Shown: piece by piece, positions 17,701 through 25,994 of the stretch | Numbering within the stretch: position 1 is the stretch's first letter | How the letters are laid out: each line of letters opens with the position of its first letter | From: a virus | Taxonomy: Duplodnaviria; Caudoviricetes | DNA length: 38,255 bases | IMG/VR virus record: IMGVR_UViG_3300032243_000178 | Span: 1 to 38,255 of that record | Reading direction: 5' to 3' (one strand) | Translations under genes and position numbers: made by a program | The notes under the pieces: model-generated | Told to the model about the DNA's origin: nothing | Databases searched by the model: none | The model's input: only the letters and a program-made list of their open reading frames with translations

Positions 17701-20671
17701 AGTGTCAAATAATGGTGGAGTGAGCTGGAGCTCAATAACACTACCATATACAGCAACTTGGAAATCGATCACATATTACAATGGTGTGTTTGTTGCAATC
17801 ACAACAGGTGCTACATCTACAGCATATTCTATCAACGGTACAGCGTGGGTCGCTGGCGGCGCATTATCAACTAGCACCACATGGTCTAGTGTTACTAGTG
17901 GATTAATCGGTACTCTAGCATATTTTGTTGCTGTAGCTTCAGGCGGTACCGTTGGAAATTATTCATATGACGGTGGTGTTACATGGCTGGCTACTGGAGC
18001 ATTACCAGCAAGTGCTAACTGGTCAGCAGTTACTTTTGGTAACAGCAGATTTTTAGCAGTAGCCAATGGATCAGGTACTGCTGGTATTTCAATAGACGGC
18101 ACAACGTGGACATCAGCATCACTACCGAGTAGTGCTGCATGGAGTTGTGCAACATTTGGTGATGACAACTTTGTAGTAGTAGCTAGTGGAACAACAACAG
18201 CAATTACATCATTCACTGGCGCAACAAGTTCTTGGACTACTAGAACCCTTACAGGATCGAGCAGTTCTTGGGCAGCGATCAGCTATTATAGCTATTCAGG
18301 TCTAGGTATTTTTCCGATACTAGGAAATGGCACAACAGCCGTTGCTGCAAACTTAATTTCAGGAAATCATGCACTAGCATCAGGACCGTTTATTGTATCA
18401 TCTGTGCCATCGCTTACACAAATACGTTACCCAGCTAGAACAACAGGCTCAATTGATACTAGTGTGACTCCGATAAATGGAGTAATATATTCAAGACCAG
18501 ATGCATTCTTCCAACATCGTCCGTTTGACGGTGGTGTACAGTTGGGCACAGGCGGCCCACAGCACGGTGCGCAGGCAGTGCGCCAGAGCAAAAAATATAT
18601 TCGTTACCAGTCTGGTAAAGGCATTATGTACACCACTGGTGCGTTATTTGCTCCAAGCTATAACATTGCAGGGGCAACAGCTAATGGAACAGCAATAAAC
18701 AGTATCATTACGTTTACAACAGACGATACTGATCACGGGTTGCAGCCAGGCGGTGTTATTGAAATTACAGGCATGGCATCATTTGAATACAACAATACAT
18801 ATACTGTAGAAAGTATTAGTAGTTCTAGAGCATTCAAGGTTCGTACATCAATACCATTAAATTCAGTAACAGCCACACTTGGACCTGATGCTAAGGTAAC
18901 GGTCAAAGCCTGGCACGGTGCTACAGTTCGTTCAGGACCGTTCGATGACCAAAACGGCATTTTCTATCAATTTGATGGTCAGACTTTATCATTGGGCAAA
19001 CGTTCTAGTACATTCCAGTTGGCAGGAACTGTTAACGTTGCACCAAATGCGAACACAGTATCAGGAACAAATACTAGATTCCAAGATCAATTAAAAGTCG
19101 GAGATAAGATTGTATTGCGTGGTATGAGCCATACTGTTACTGCGATCGCTAGTCAAACTTCATTGAGCTTCGCTCCAGATTATCGCGGTAATAGTTCAGC
19201 GATTGGTGCTAAACTTTGTTTAACACAAGATTTCTTAGTACCACAAGGACAGTGGAATATGGATAACGGTGACGGCACAGGCCCAAGCGGTTATAATATT
19301 AATCCAGGTAAGATGCAGATGATCGGTATTCAATATTCTTGGTATGCTGCTGGTTTTATCGAATTTATGTTGAGAGGAGCAGATGGTAGATTTGTATTCT
19401 TACATAGAATTCGCAACAGTAACGTAAATACCGAAGCGTATATGCGTACTGCTAACTTGCCAGTGCGCTATGAAGTACAAAATGAAAGCGGCAGAACATC
19501 ATTAAGAGCAGCAATGGGTACTACTGATACCTCAATGACTGTGTATAATACTTCACAATTCCCAACTAGCGGAACAGTGTATGTTGATAATGAATTAATT
19601 TCATTTACCGGTAGAACTGCTGATCGATTAACTGGTTTAACTAGAGCAGCAACATTTACAAACTTTGCTGCTGGTTCTAATAGAACATATTCTGCAGCGG
19701 CAGCAGCTAGTCATGCAGTAGGTGCTGGAGTAATTTTAATCAGCTGTACAATCAGTCCAGCGATTAGCCATTGGGGTAGTGCTATTCTAACAGATGGTAT
19801 GTTCGATGACGACCGTGGTTATTTGTTTAACTACTCATCTACAAACATTTCTGTATCAACTACTAAGAATACTGCGTTTATGATTCGACTAGCACCATCA
19901 GTTTCTAATGCGATTGTTGGCGACCTAGGTGATAGAGAGCTGTTAAACAGAGCGCAGTTATTGTTACAAGAAATTGTTATTACTGCTGACGCATTGGCAG
20001 GAGGAGCCATTGGAGGACTGGTTGTTGAAGGAGTGTTAAATCCAAGTAACTATCCAGCAGATCCAAGCACAGTTCAGTGGACTGGATTAACAGGTCTGGC
20101 GCAAGGTGGACAGCCTAGTTTTGCACAAATTGCTCCAGGTGGTAACGTTAGCTGGGCCAGCGGTGCAACTCAAACAACTAAAACAGTATCAACTGCTACA
20201 GGTAACACGCAGGTTAAAACCAACATTTTATACTTTAAACAAGCATCTTGGGAAGCCAGTCAGGCCAAGGTAGGTACTGAGGTTCAAGACTATACTAAAT
20301 TTCCAGCTGGTACTCGTGTATTGAGCGTAGCAGGTCCAGCAGAATATATTGGTACTAACACTGGTTTAGAATATCAAGTTACATTTACACAAAACTCAAT
20401 TGCAACTATTGCAGGTGATGCTAACGTTACATTGTTATTTGGACAACCTCCATACGCATTACCAGGTGAACAAGTATTTTCGTTTATTTGTAATGCAGGT
20501 GACCAAACTGCATTAGACCTATCACAGTTGAAAGAATTAACAAGTACAAGTATTGGTGGACGTGGAACTTATCCTAATGGTCCAGACGTACTTGCTATTA
20601 ACGTGTATAAGGTTGCAGGAACTACTACCAACGCTAATATTATTTTACGTTGGAGCGAAGCGCAGGCTTAA
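14765..20671 (+). CDS. Giant modular virion structural protein (1968 aa)
   Basis: AAGGA SD. N-terminal KCRRDVGFYL helical unit, IDADFEYGLQPTKW-type motif (MLDADFEYGLQPTKW), three tandem G-rich beta modules (~16445-17270), Asp-box propeller repeats (~17460-18350), QSKKYIRYQSGKG motif. Confidence 0.78.
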   Translation: MAKKQIKNYVFEPGISKDANLYPNAVALLTANKAFIIAQELAFIDYNIANNISPYSGYKYAPEKCRRDVGFYLDSIIHDLRYGGNARVRMIAEYFWINGQPQIRNGAVPEVTAQQYMRDIINNYIFTNTTVPGTYNQTTVQQVKYANRNGETGASGRNSTLWNIFGTVIQQGLSQLPAKQTGVSTIRLLGNYDTSEVLLITDANNGNILYNFSDNANTASFSYKQGNSSGDGRPLSDVDFEYWYQTTDTITTIELSADTTSLTVGSPIQVFVEDPNQQIRPWEFGTDAIERMRVAAPQAMLDADFEYGLQPTKWQALALQRSYPSLYEIPGTDVGIANVTTDASASSGGFGASLITVTSIGTHGFSVGTPITIRGLNGAVNGFSRAEGSYIIYSIPTPYQFTYYSSSKVGTANGDTLFTSYVTVRQAGFYTGASIGTPTFSVYSNGSTGTLTTVFNVEAGDTFLVFSGTAPTTGAPVTGSPSIYPGTSVSGVVGSSSLTVRLLSSTISGQTYIDIVDLTGVLPGMGVASGGNAVQFISSIVGNRANLDGGYNQVKIGATQSYLNIAGTNVNSIGTSARFDVKRIGGSYTVTGRVDSTSNGQNYSRGDQIKIAGNLLGGATPANDLIISLTGVDSGGTITNFTYAGTAFAGGGTYTGIVQYQTTGSGFGATIDVVRLGAVGASNYGVYNSVTLTNPGSSYVVGEVVTWGGDILGGTKPANNLSITVASVNPSTGAIIDYEVNTANAASGNAQYSGVAGTNVVPTGAGGRFDVTRSPSGYAVVLNGSGGVGYVLGNRIKISGTQVNGVSPLNDCIIEVLTVDVTGAITSVTATGTGYLGDQITVYPSLTLSDPTVASLTAGSVLSVGAIATIQVDFVNNHGLVPGAAVLTNITSTPTPGFNSVAAALPASATWTSVAQVAGRFVAVNGNGNTTGFSINGTTWTSGGTLPAGPTGWAGIAGGVIGATTYWMAVPNNSSNVGAVSNNGGVSWSSITLPYTATWKSITYYNGVFVAITTGATSTAYSINGTAWVAGGALSTSTTWSSVTSGLIGTLAYFVAVASGGTVGNYSYDGGVTWLATGALPASANWSAVTFGNSRFLAVANGSGTAGISIDGTTWTSASLPSSAAWSCATFGDDNFVVVASGTTTAITSFTGATSSWTTRTLTGSSSSWAAISYYSYSGLGIFPILGNGTTAVAANLISGNHALASGPFIVSSVPSLTQIRYPARTTGSIDTSVTPINGVIYSRPDAFFQHRPFDGGVQLGTGGPQHGAQAVRQSKKYIRYQSGKGIMYTTGALFAPSYNIAGATANGTAINSIITFTTDDTDHGLQPGGVIEITGMASFEYNNTYTVESISSSRAFKVRTSIPLNSVTATLGPDAKVTVKAWHGATVRSGPFDDQNGIFYQFDGQTLSLGKRSSTFQLAGTVNVAPNANTVSGTNTRFQDQLKVGDKIVLRGMSHTVTAIASQTSLSFAPDYRGNSSAIGAKLCLTQDFLVPQGQWNMDNGDGTGPSGYNINPGKMQMIGIQYSWYAAGFIEFMLRGADGRFVFLHRIRNSNVNTEAYMRTANLPVRYEVQNESGRTSLRAAMGTTDTSMTVYNTSQFPTSGTVYVDNELISFTGRTADRLTGLTRAATFTNFAAGSNRTYSAAAAASHAVGAGVILISCTISPAISHWGSAILTDGMFDDDRGYLFNYSSTNISVSTTKNTAFMIRLAPSVSNAIVGDLGDRELLNRAQLLLQEIVITADALAGGAIGGLVVEGVLNPSNYPADPSTVQWTGLTGLAQGGQPSFAQIAPGGNVSWASGATQTTKTVSTATGNTQVKTNILYFKQASWEASQAKVGTEVQDYTKFPAGTRVLSVAGPAEYIGTNTGLEYQVTFTQNSIATIAGDANVTLLFGQPPYALPGEQVFSFICNAGDQTALDLSQLKELTSTSIGGRGTYPNGPDVLAINVYKVAGTTTNANIILRWSEAQA

Positions 20672-20680
20672 CGATTAATC

Positions 20681-20962
20681 TTAGTGCGGGCGGAGACTAG
20701 TTTTATAAGCTGAGATACCATCTTCCAATATTTTACGATATGTGGCAATATTGGATCTCAGCTCCGTAACTTCAGTAGGAATTTTTCCAGTCATAAAAAG
20801 CTGTTCGTGGCTTGAATCGATATATTCAACTTCAGCTTTTAATTTTGTCAATACATCAGTTAATTCTTTTTGCAGGTTAAAATCGGAAATTTCTGAAATT
20901 GCTTTTTGAAAGTTTTCGTAATCCGCTAACCAGCGTTCGTCAAATTGTAGTTTTGGAAACAT
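20681..20962 (-). CDS. Small helical hypothetical protein
   Basis: 93-aa ORF at the end of the minus-strand operon, overlapping the upstream gene. Confidence 0.65.
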   Translation of the reverse strand: MFPKLQFDERWLADYENFQKAISEISDFNLQKELTDVLTKLKAEVEYIDSSHEQLFMTGKIPTEVTELRSNIATYRKILEDGISAYKTSLRPH

Positions 20963-21332
20963 TTTCTAGCACCATTATTGTATCTATCTTGGCTCTTATG
21001 AGCTGATTATTTAGTGTGGTTTTTAATCCGGTATGCAGGTGTTTTGGCAAAAAATTTAAATCAGCCCAACAAATAGTTTTAGACTCTTGAGTTAAAAATT
21101 CCTGCTGGACTACACATACATAAGTACCGTATTCAAATCCTTTATCTTCAGAGAGATAAAGTTCTATAGGCAGCAATCGTCCAGTTTGATAGCTATCCAG
21201 TAGGGGTTGTACATCATCATAGATAGCATTTTGTCTAGCAAATGTGGGAACAGTCCATGTAGAATTTTCTAGGACTAGCAAGATTCTTCCTGTATCTTTA
21301 GCGAGAAAAAGTAAACCGGCACGTTGTTGCAT
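20940..21332 (-). CDS. NUDIX-fold-like protein lacking a Nudix box
   Basis: Start moved to MQQRAG (TAAGTA-N4-ATG). AGLLFLAKDTGRILLV...W.VP at the N-terminus and E.....W.d...LP..LH.GL at the C-terminus fit the NUDIX fold, but GX5EX7REUXEE is absent. Confidence 0.55.
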   Translation of the reverse strand: MQQRAGLLFLAKDTGRILLVLENSTWTVPTFARQNAIYDDVQPLLDSYQTGRLLPIELYLSEDKGFEYGTYVCVVQQEFLTQESKTICWADLNFLPKHLHTGLKTTLNNQLIRAKIDTIMVLENVSKTTI

Positions 21333-21339
21333 CACGTAC

Positions 21340-22824
21340 TTATGCACCAGCTAGATCAAATCTCCAATATCCGGCTGTGTATTCGCCTTCAAATGATCGC
21401 AACCATTGAACTCCGTCCCATTTATATTGGATACCAGTTTTAAGATTGGTAATATATTTTACAGCAGTTTCTTCAGCAGGATCAAATACAGTGATCCATT
21501 TTCCATCAATCCATTCAATGATCGAATTGTTCTTGATTACCGGATCAGCGCCACTTAGATTCTTCCATGCATCCGGGCCGTCATACCCGTCTTTAGAACT
21601 ACCATCGAACGGGTCTTGACCGTAGGCCATAAGTCCTGTTACGTTTTCGCTGGTATTAACATCATCTAACACAAGATATCTAACACCCGGGTTACGGCCG
21701 CCTGCCCGCTCTATGGGGTTGAATTTATAGGGATCAATAATTGCATCGATATATGTCTTTCCGTTGATAATAGAATTGCTTGGTTTATCGTTGATAGTGA
21801 TTACAAGTATAGTAGGGTCCAAGGGATTAACAACAAATGTTCCGCGGATTTCTGTACCGTCCGGTTGGGTAAAGTATGCCATGCTGAGTCCAGGGATATA
21901 CTTGCCACCTAATTCTTGTTCAAACACAATGTTCCAGTCAAATCGTTTACCTAACTTGACTGGAATTTCGATATTCAATACTCTGACAGCTTCGTTAACA
22001 TCAATCACACTCATGTTATAGTCATTTGCCTGTCCGTTATTACTTGAAAGTAATAATACACCATAATTATTTTGAGTAACTCTAAATTGTACGTCAGGAT
22101 TGCCTTCTTCTAATAGCATATCCTCGAGACTCATTACAGACCCGTCTTTGGTATACATGTTGGTAATGATAGTTCTAACCACTCCAAGTTTTTTAACTTT
22201 GGCAGGTGGCGTGATGTATATAGGCATTGTAAATTCCATCGAACAAATGTCTATATCGCTATCTGTACCTTGTGGAATTTGTCTGGAACTAAACTGTGTG
22301 CTCTTAAGATTAATAACACTTAGGCTAGTCCAATCCAGATAATTATCTGTAGTTTGTATTTCAAAACTTGGATTAAAAAATACCAAAATTTGTTCGATAA
22401 GTTGAAGCTTCTGATCAGTGTTTGAAGTCCATATATCAGCTTTCATAGTCAAGGTAAACGGAGTAGGCATCAGTCTTTCTACTGTATAATTGCCACCTTG
22501 ATCATTTTGATATGAGGGATTTCCCTGCCCGTCAAATTCTTCATAATTTCTTTCTCTAATATTGACTTTGCTAACAAAGGTAGCAGCGGCCAATCTACTT
22601 GTGTCCATTTCCAATCCTGTAATATAACAGGAAATTTTAGGAACAGAAATCATTTTATTTTCAGAGTTTTCTCTGATAATTGCTGCCACCTGTCTGGATA
22701 AATCTCCGTAGGTAACCGGCAGGGTTTTCTCAGTGCCGTCACCTGCTTGATATTTAAAGCCAATGAAAAAACGCATAAACTGAGTCACATAGCGTCTTAT
22801 CTGCCCGTCATAGAAAAAATCCAT
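21340..22824 (-). CDS. gp15: Tail terminator/sheath stabilizer (T4 gp15-like) with C-terminal extension
   Basis: FFYDGQIRRY..QF..FF, LPVTYG, P.PFTL...DIW, QLIEQILVFFNP motifs; TAATG overlap with the upstream gene. Confidence 0.75.
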   Translation of the reverse strand: MDFFYDGQIRRYVTQFMRFFIGFKYQAGDGTEKTLPVTYGDLSRQVAAIIRENSENKMISVPKISCYITGLEMDTSRLAAATFVSKVNIRERNYEEFDGQGNPSYQNDQGGNYTVERLMPTPFTLTMKADIWTSNTDQKLQLIEQILVFFNPSFEIQTTDNYLDWTSLSVINLKSTQFSSRQIPQGTDSDIDICSMEFTMPIYITPPAKVKKLGVVRTIITNMYTKDGSVMSLEDMLLEEGNPDVQFRVTQNNYGVLLLSSNNGQANDYNMSVIDVNEAVRVLNIEIPVKLGKRFDWNIVFEQELGGKYIPGLSMAYFTQPDGTEIRGTFVVNPLDPTILVITINDKPSNSIINGKTYIDAIIDPYKFNPIERAGGRNPGVRYLVLDDVNTSENVTGLMAYGQDPFDGSSKDGYDGPDAWKNLSGADPVIKNNSIIEWIDGKWITVFDPAEETAVKYITNLKTGIQYKWDGVQWLRSFEGEYTAGYWRFDLAGA

Positions 22825-24104
22825 TATTCATCCGCCTTTGGTCGTAATGCCTTTGCAAGGCTTTGTTTTTCTTTAATATCTTTACCGCTAATTTTATTGA
22901 CTTTGGGATTGTTAATGAATCCTGTCAACAATGTTTCGCGTACTTCTTTGCCTTCAAATCTGTTACCAGATTCTACATCGCTCTGGCCTAGATTATTCAT
23001 GGTCATGCGTACATTATCCTCAAATTTGACCCAACGTGCTCCGTTGAATCTAAACAACCGTTGTGGACGGAAATCAGTTCGCAAATGAAATTGTCCATCT
23101 GCAGGAGATATTGGAAATGCAATTCCTGAACTGAACGGTATTCCATTAGGAGGAATCCCATCGCCCATGGTAATATCACCATAGTGATACTCGTTTGTCT
23201 CGGGACTCTTAAAGACTGTGCTTGCTGTAGATCCTACATATATCGGATCACCAGCGTTGTCAAATAATAAATTACCATGTTCGTCTCGAGCCTGTGTTTC
23301 TAAACTTGCAAATAATTCAGTTCCATCGGCAGTGATAATATCTGGTTGACCAGTAGTACTATTCTTTTGTAGAGTGTAAAATTGTGTAGTATCATATCCG
23401 CTCTTAGGAGCATCACTATCTGCTTGATCAAGAACTGCTTGAGTAATTTGCATTTCTTTTTCATATGTTGACATGATATCACGCAACGTGGTATTGGTAT
23501 CATTGCCATTGCTATCAGTTTGCACAGAATCAAGTATTTGTTTAAATTCTTGACTGTCAACGAGAGGCTTGCATTTGGCACGATATAGGTGTGGATACCA
23601 AGTTACCGAAAATCCTTCAGCAGCACGATTAACATCTTCAATAACATAAAAACGCTTTAGAGCAAATTGCAAATCGTTAAGGGCGTGTTCATCTTTTAAG
23701 TGAGGTAACTCAATTACATCACCTGCTATAATTTTTCTGCCTATTTTTTCCACAGTATCGTTAATATGGAATGTTATGAAAACCGTGTCATTCTGTAAAA
23801 ATAAACCAAATTGACTTAGATTAAAGTCAATATCTTGAATGTTATAAACACCGCGAAGTTGATAGATATCTGGATCATACTTACGATCACGATTTTCAAG
23901 GAATAATAGATCCTGTATTTGTGTTTCGTTAGTGTTATTATACTTAGGTGTAGATGGTGTATCGCCCTGCGTCGCAGAGCCTGGCCCTATGTATTTGTGT
24001 ACTAAGACATCGGTACCGCCAATCTGGAACATTTCCCAGATGCTTTTATCGATGAATTTGTAATCATTGCCCTTTTCGGGCTTGTATAACGAGAGTCTTG
24101 GCAT
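22824..24104 (-). CDS. gp14: Neck protein (T4 gp14-like)
   Basis: LSQFGLFL.ND..FITF and GDVIELP motifs; lies between gp13 and gp15 homologs. Start at 24104 (MPRL) or 24110, downstream of the promoter. Confidence 0.65.
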   Translation of the reverse strand: MPRLSLYKPEKGNDYKFIDKSIWEMFQIGGTDVLVHKYIGPGSATQGDTPSTPKYNNTNETQIQDLLFLENRDRKYDPDIYQLRGVYNIQDIDFNLSQFGLFLQNDTVFITFHINDTVEKIGRKIIAGDVIELPHLKDEHALNDLQFALKRFYVIEDVNRAAEGFSVTWYPHLYRAKCKPLVDSQEFKQILDSVQTDSNGNDTNTTLRDIMSTYEKEMQITQAVLDQADSDAPKSGYDTTQFYTLQKNSTTGQPDIITADGTELFASLETQARDEHGNLLFDNAGDPIYVGSTASTVFKSPETNEYHYGDITMGDGIPPNGIPFSSGIAFPISPADGQFHLRTDFRPQRLFRFNGARWVKFEDNVRMTMNNLGQSDVESGNRFEGKEVRETLLTGFINNPKVNKISGKDIKEKQSLAKALRPKADE

Positions 24105-24111
24105 AGTCATA

Positions 24112-24123
24112 TATTTATAAATA
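24112..24123. promoter_or_regulatory. Palindromic bidirectional late promoter TATTTATAAATA
   Basis: Full T4 late consensus TATAAATA on both strands between divergent gp14 and gp13. Confidence 0.8.
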
Positions 24124-24128
24124 CTAGC

Positions 24129-24887
24129 ATGAGCCAAAACGATCAAGTTAAACAAGAAGTCTACAATTACTGCAAAACCATGCTGGGCGACGGCATGATT
24201 GACATAGAGCTAGATCCTGTACATTATGAAACAGCACTAAATCGTGCCCTAGCAACGTTCCGACAACGCAGCGATAATGCCGTGGAAGAAAGCTATGCAT
24301 TTTTAGTATTAAAAGTCGATACTAACGAATATATACTTCCAAAAGAAATACAGCAAGTGCGTCAAATCTTTAGACGTAGCATTGGCAGTAGAACTGGCGG
24401 CGGTCAAGGCGGCACAGTATTTGAACCGTTTAATATGGCCTATACAAATACCTATTTGCTAAGTGCAACAAACATGGGCGGATTACTGACCTATGAACTA
24501 TTTGCACAATATCAAGAACTAGTGGGCAAGATGTTCGGATCATATATTAATTTTACTTGGAATCCTCAAAGCCGTAAATTAATAATCCAACAACGTCCAC
24601 GTAGCGATGAAAGTGTAATGCTTTGGGTCTATAATACTAGACCCGATAGTGCAATCATTACAGATACCTACGCTGGACAATGGATCAAAGATTACTCATT
24701 GGCCAGTTGTAAAATCATGCTTGGGCAGGCACGTGAAAAATTCAGTCAAATCGCAGGACCACAAGGTGGCGGCAGTCTAAATGGTGCTACACTTAAAACT
24801 GAAGGTCAAACAGAAATTGACAAGCTCACTGATGATCTAATGAAAAATGTATCTGGCGGAATTGGATATACATTTATAACTGGATAA
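24129..24887 (+). CDS. gp13: Neck protein (T4 gp13-like)
   Basis: LGDGMIDIEL, WIKDYSLA..K..LG..R.KF....GPQGG.SLNG..L..EG motifs. Confidence 0.85.
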   Translation: MSQNDQVKQEVYNYCKTMLGDGMIDIELDPVHYETALNRALATFRQRSDNAVEESYAFLVLKVDTNEYILPKEIQQVRQIFRRSIGSRTGGGQGGTVFEPFNMAYTNTYLLSATNMGGLLTYELFAQYQELVGKMFGSYINFTWNPQSRKLIIQQRPRSDESVMLWVYNTRPDSAIITDTYAGQWIKDYSLASCKIMLGQAREKFSQIAGPQGGGSLNGATLKTEGQTEIDKLTDDLMKNVSGGIGYTFITG

Positions 24888-24901
24888 TTGGTTAAATTTC
24901 T

Positions 24902-24930
24902 TTGACTTTTTAATAAATCTATAATATAAT
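24902..24930 (+). promoter_or_regulatory. sigma70-type promoter
   Basis: TTGACT(24902)-17 nt-TATAAT(24925), followed by AGGAG SD and ATG 24951. Confidence 0.8.
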
Positions 24931-24950
24931 TGTTGTAATAGGAGACAATT

Positions 24951-25607
24951 ATGATCATAGGTATTTGCGGGTTTATCGGCAGCGGCAAGGACACAGTCGC
25001 TGACTATCTAGTTAACTTCCACGAATTTAGACGAGAAAGTTTTGCCAGCACTCTTAAAGATGCTGTGGCGAATGTATTCGGTTGGGATAGAACCATGCTA
25101 GAAGGACGCACTAAAGAAGCACGTGAGTGGCGAGAGCAAGTAGATCCTTGGTGGGCCGCTCGACTATCAATGCCTACACTAACTCCCCGTTGGGTACTGC
25201 AATATTGGGGTACTGAAGTCTGTCGTAAATCGTTTCATGATGACATATGGATTGCTAGTCTAGAAAATAAAATCCGCAATAGCAAAGATAATGTAGTAAT
25301 CAGCGATTGCCGCTTTCCTAACGAAATTTTAGCAATAAAGAATGCAGGTGGAACTATCGTATGGGTACAGCGTGGGCAGCTACCTGACTGGTACGAACAT
25401 GCGGTCGAAGCTAATACGGGCTCAAACATTGCAATCAACGAAATGAAACTGCGTGGAATTCATGCTAGCGAATGGGCTTGGTTAGGAAGTAATTTTGATG
25501 TTATTATTGACAATAACAGCACTATTGACGATTTATACAAACAAGCAGAAAACCTAGTAATCAGCGACCAAATCTCCTTGTTTCCAAATGATTCCATCCT
25601 TGCCTAA
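24951..25607 (+). CDS. gp1: Deoxynucleoside monophosphate kinase (T4 gp1-like)
   Basis: IIGICGFIGSGKDT P-loop, FA..LK, TPRWVLQYWGTE, ISDCRFPNE, HASE motifs. Confidence 0.92.
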   Translation: MIIGICGFIGSGKDTVADYLVNFHEFRRESFASTLKDAVANVFGWDRTMLEGRTKEAREWREQVDPWWAARLSMPTLTPRWVLQYWGTEVCRKSFHDDIWIASLENKIRNSKDNVVISDCRFPNEILAIKNAGGTIVWVQRGQLPDWYEHAVEANTGSNIAINEMKLRGIHASEWAWLGSNFDVIIDNNSTIDDLYKQAENLVISDQISLFPNDSILA

Positions 25608-25889
25608 TACTTGAGCACAGTTAGTACAGACGGTCTTTAGGTTGCTGTATCGACAGTTGTTTAAATCGCCGTCTACATGAAATACCCTAAACACTTCTTT
25701 GTGAGGTGATTTAAAACCGCATTTATCGCAAGTGGTTTTCATTTTATATCCTGCTCTAGCCCAGCGGGGTATTCCATGATTGAGTCCGTGAGCCATGCAG
25801 GCTTCACATAGGCTTCTATAATAAATCCTGTTTTCTTTTCGATAGTTAATTGCACGGGGACGTTGCCCGCATCTACAAAGCGGTCTCAT
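25554..25889 (-). CDS. Zn-finger / HNH-like protein
   Basis: CRC, CEAC, CDKC, HVDGDLNN....NL...CTNC; preceded by TAAATA-N5-ATG. Confidence 0.7.
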   Translation of the reverse strand: MRPLCRCGQRPRAINYRKENRIYYRSLCEACMAHGLNHGIPRWARAGYKMKTTCDKCGFKSPHKEVFRVFHVDGDLNNCRYSNLKTVCTNCAQVLGKDGIIWKQGDLVADY

Positions 25890-25894
25890 ATTAT

Positions 25895-25900
25895 TATTTA
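25895..25900 (-). promoter_or_regulatory. Late promoter core TAAATA, 5 nt before ATG
   Basis: Minus strand reads TAAATA-ATAAT-ATG. Confidence 0.65.
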
Positions 25901-25956
25901 CACCTTTTCAATCCCTTTTTATGTTGGTGTAATGTACCAATTTTACGATTTACTGG

Positions 25957-25962
25957 TAAATA
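25957..25962 (+). promoter_or_regulatory. Late promoter core TAAATA for the sheath/tube operon
   Basis: TAAATA 32 nt before the sheath ATG, which has an AGGAG SD. Confidence 0.6.
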
Positions 25963-25994
25963 CTTTGAGTAAACTATTACCAGGAGAATAGGGA

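Noticed and set aside
588-18960. Many short antisense or off-frame ORFs inside the giant and Cys-rich genes
   Set aside because: They are shadows of biased codon usage in long real genes, lack SD or promoter signals and show no recognisable motifs.
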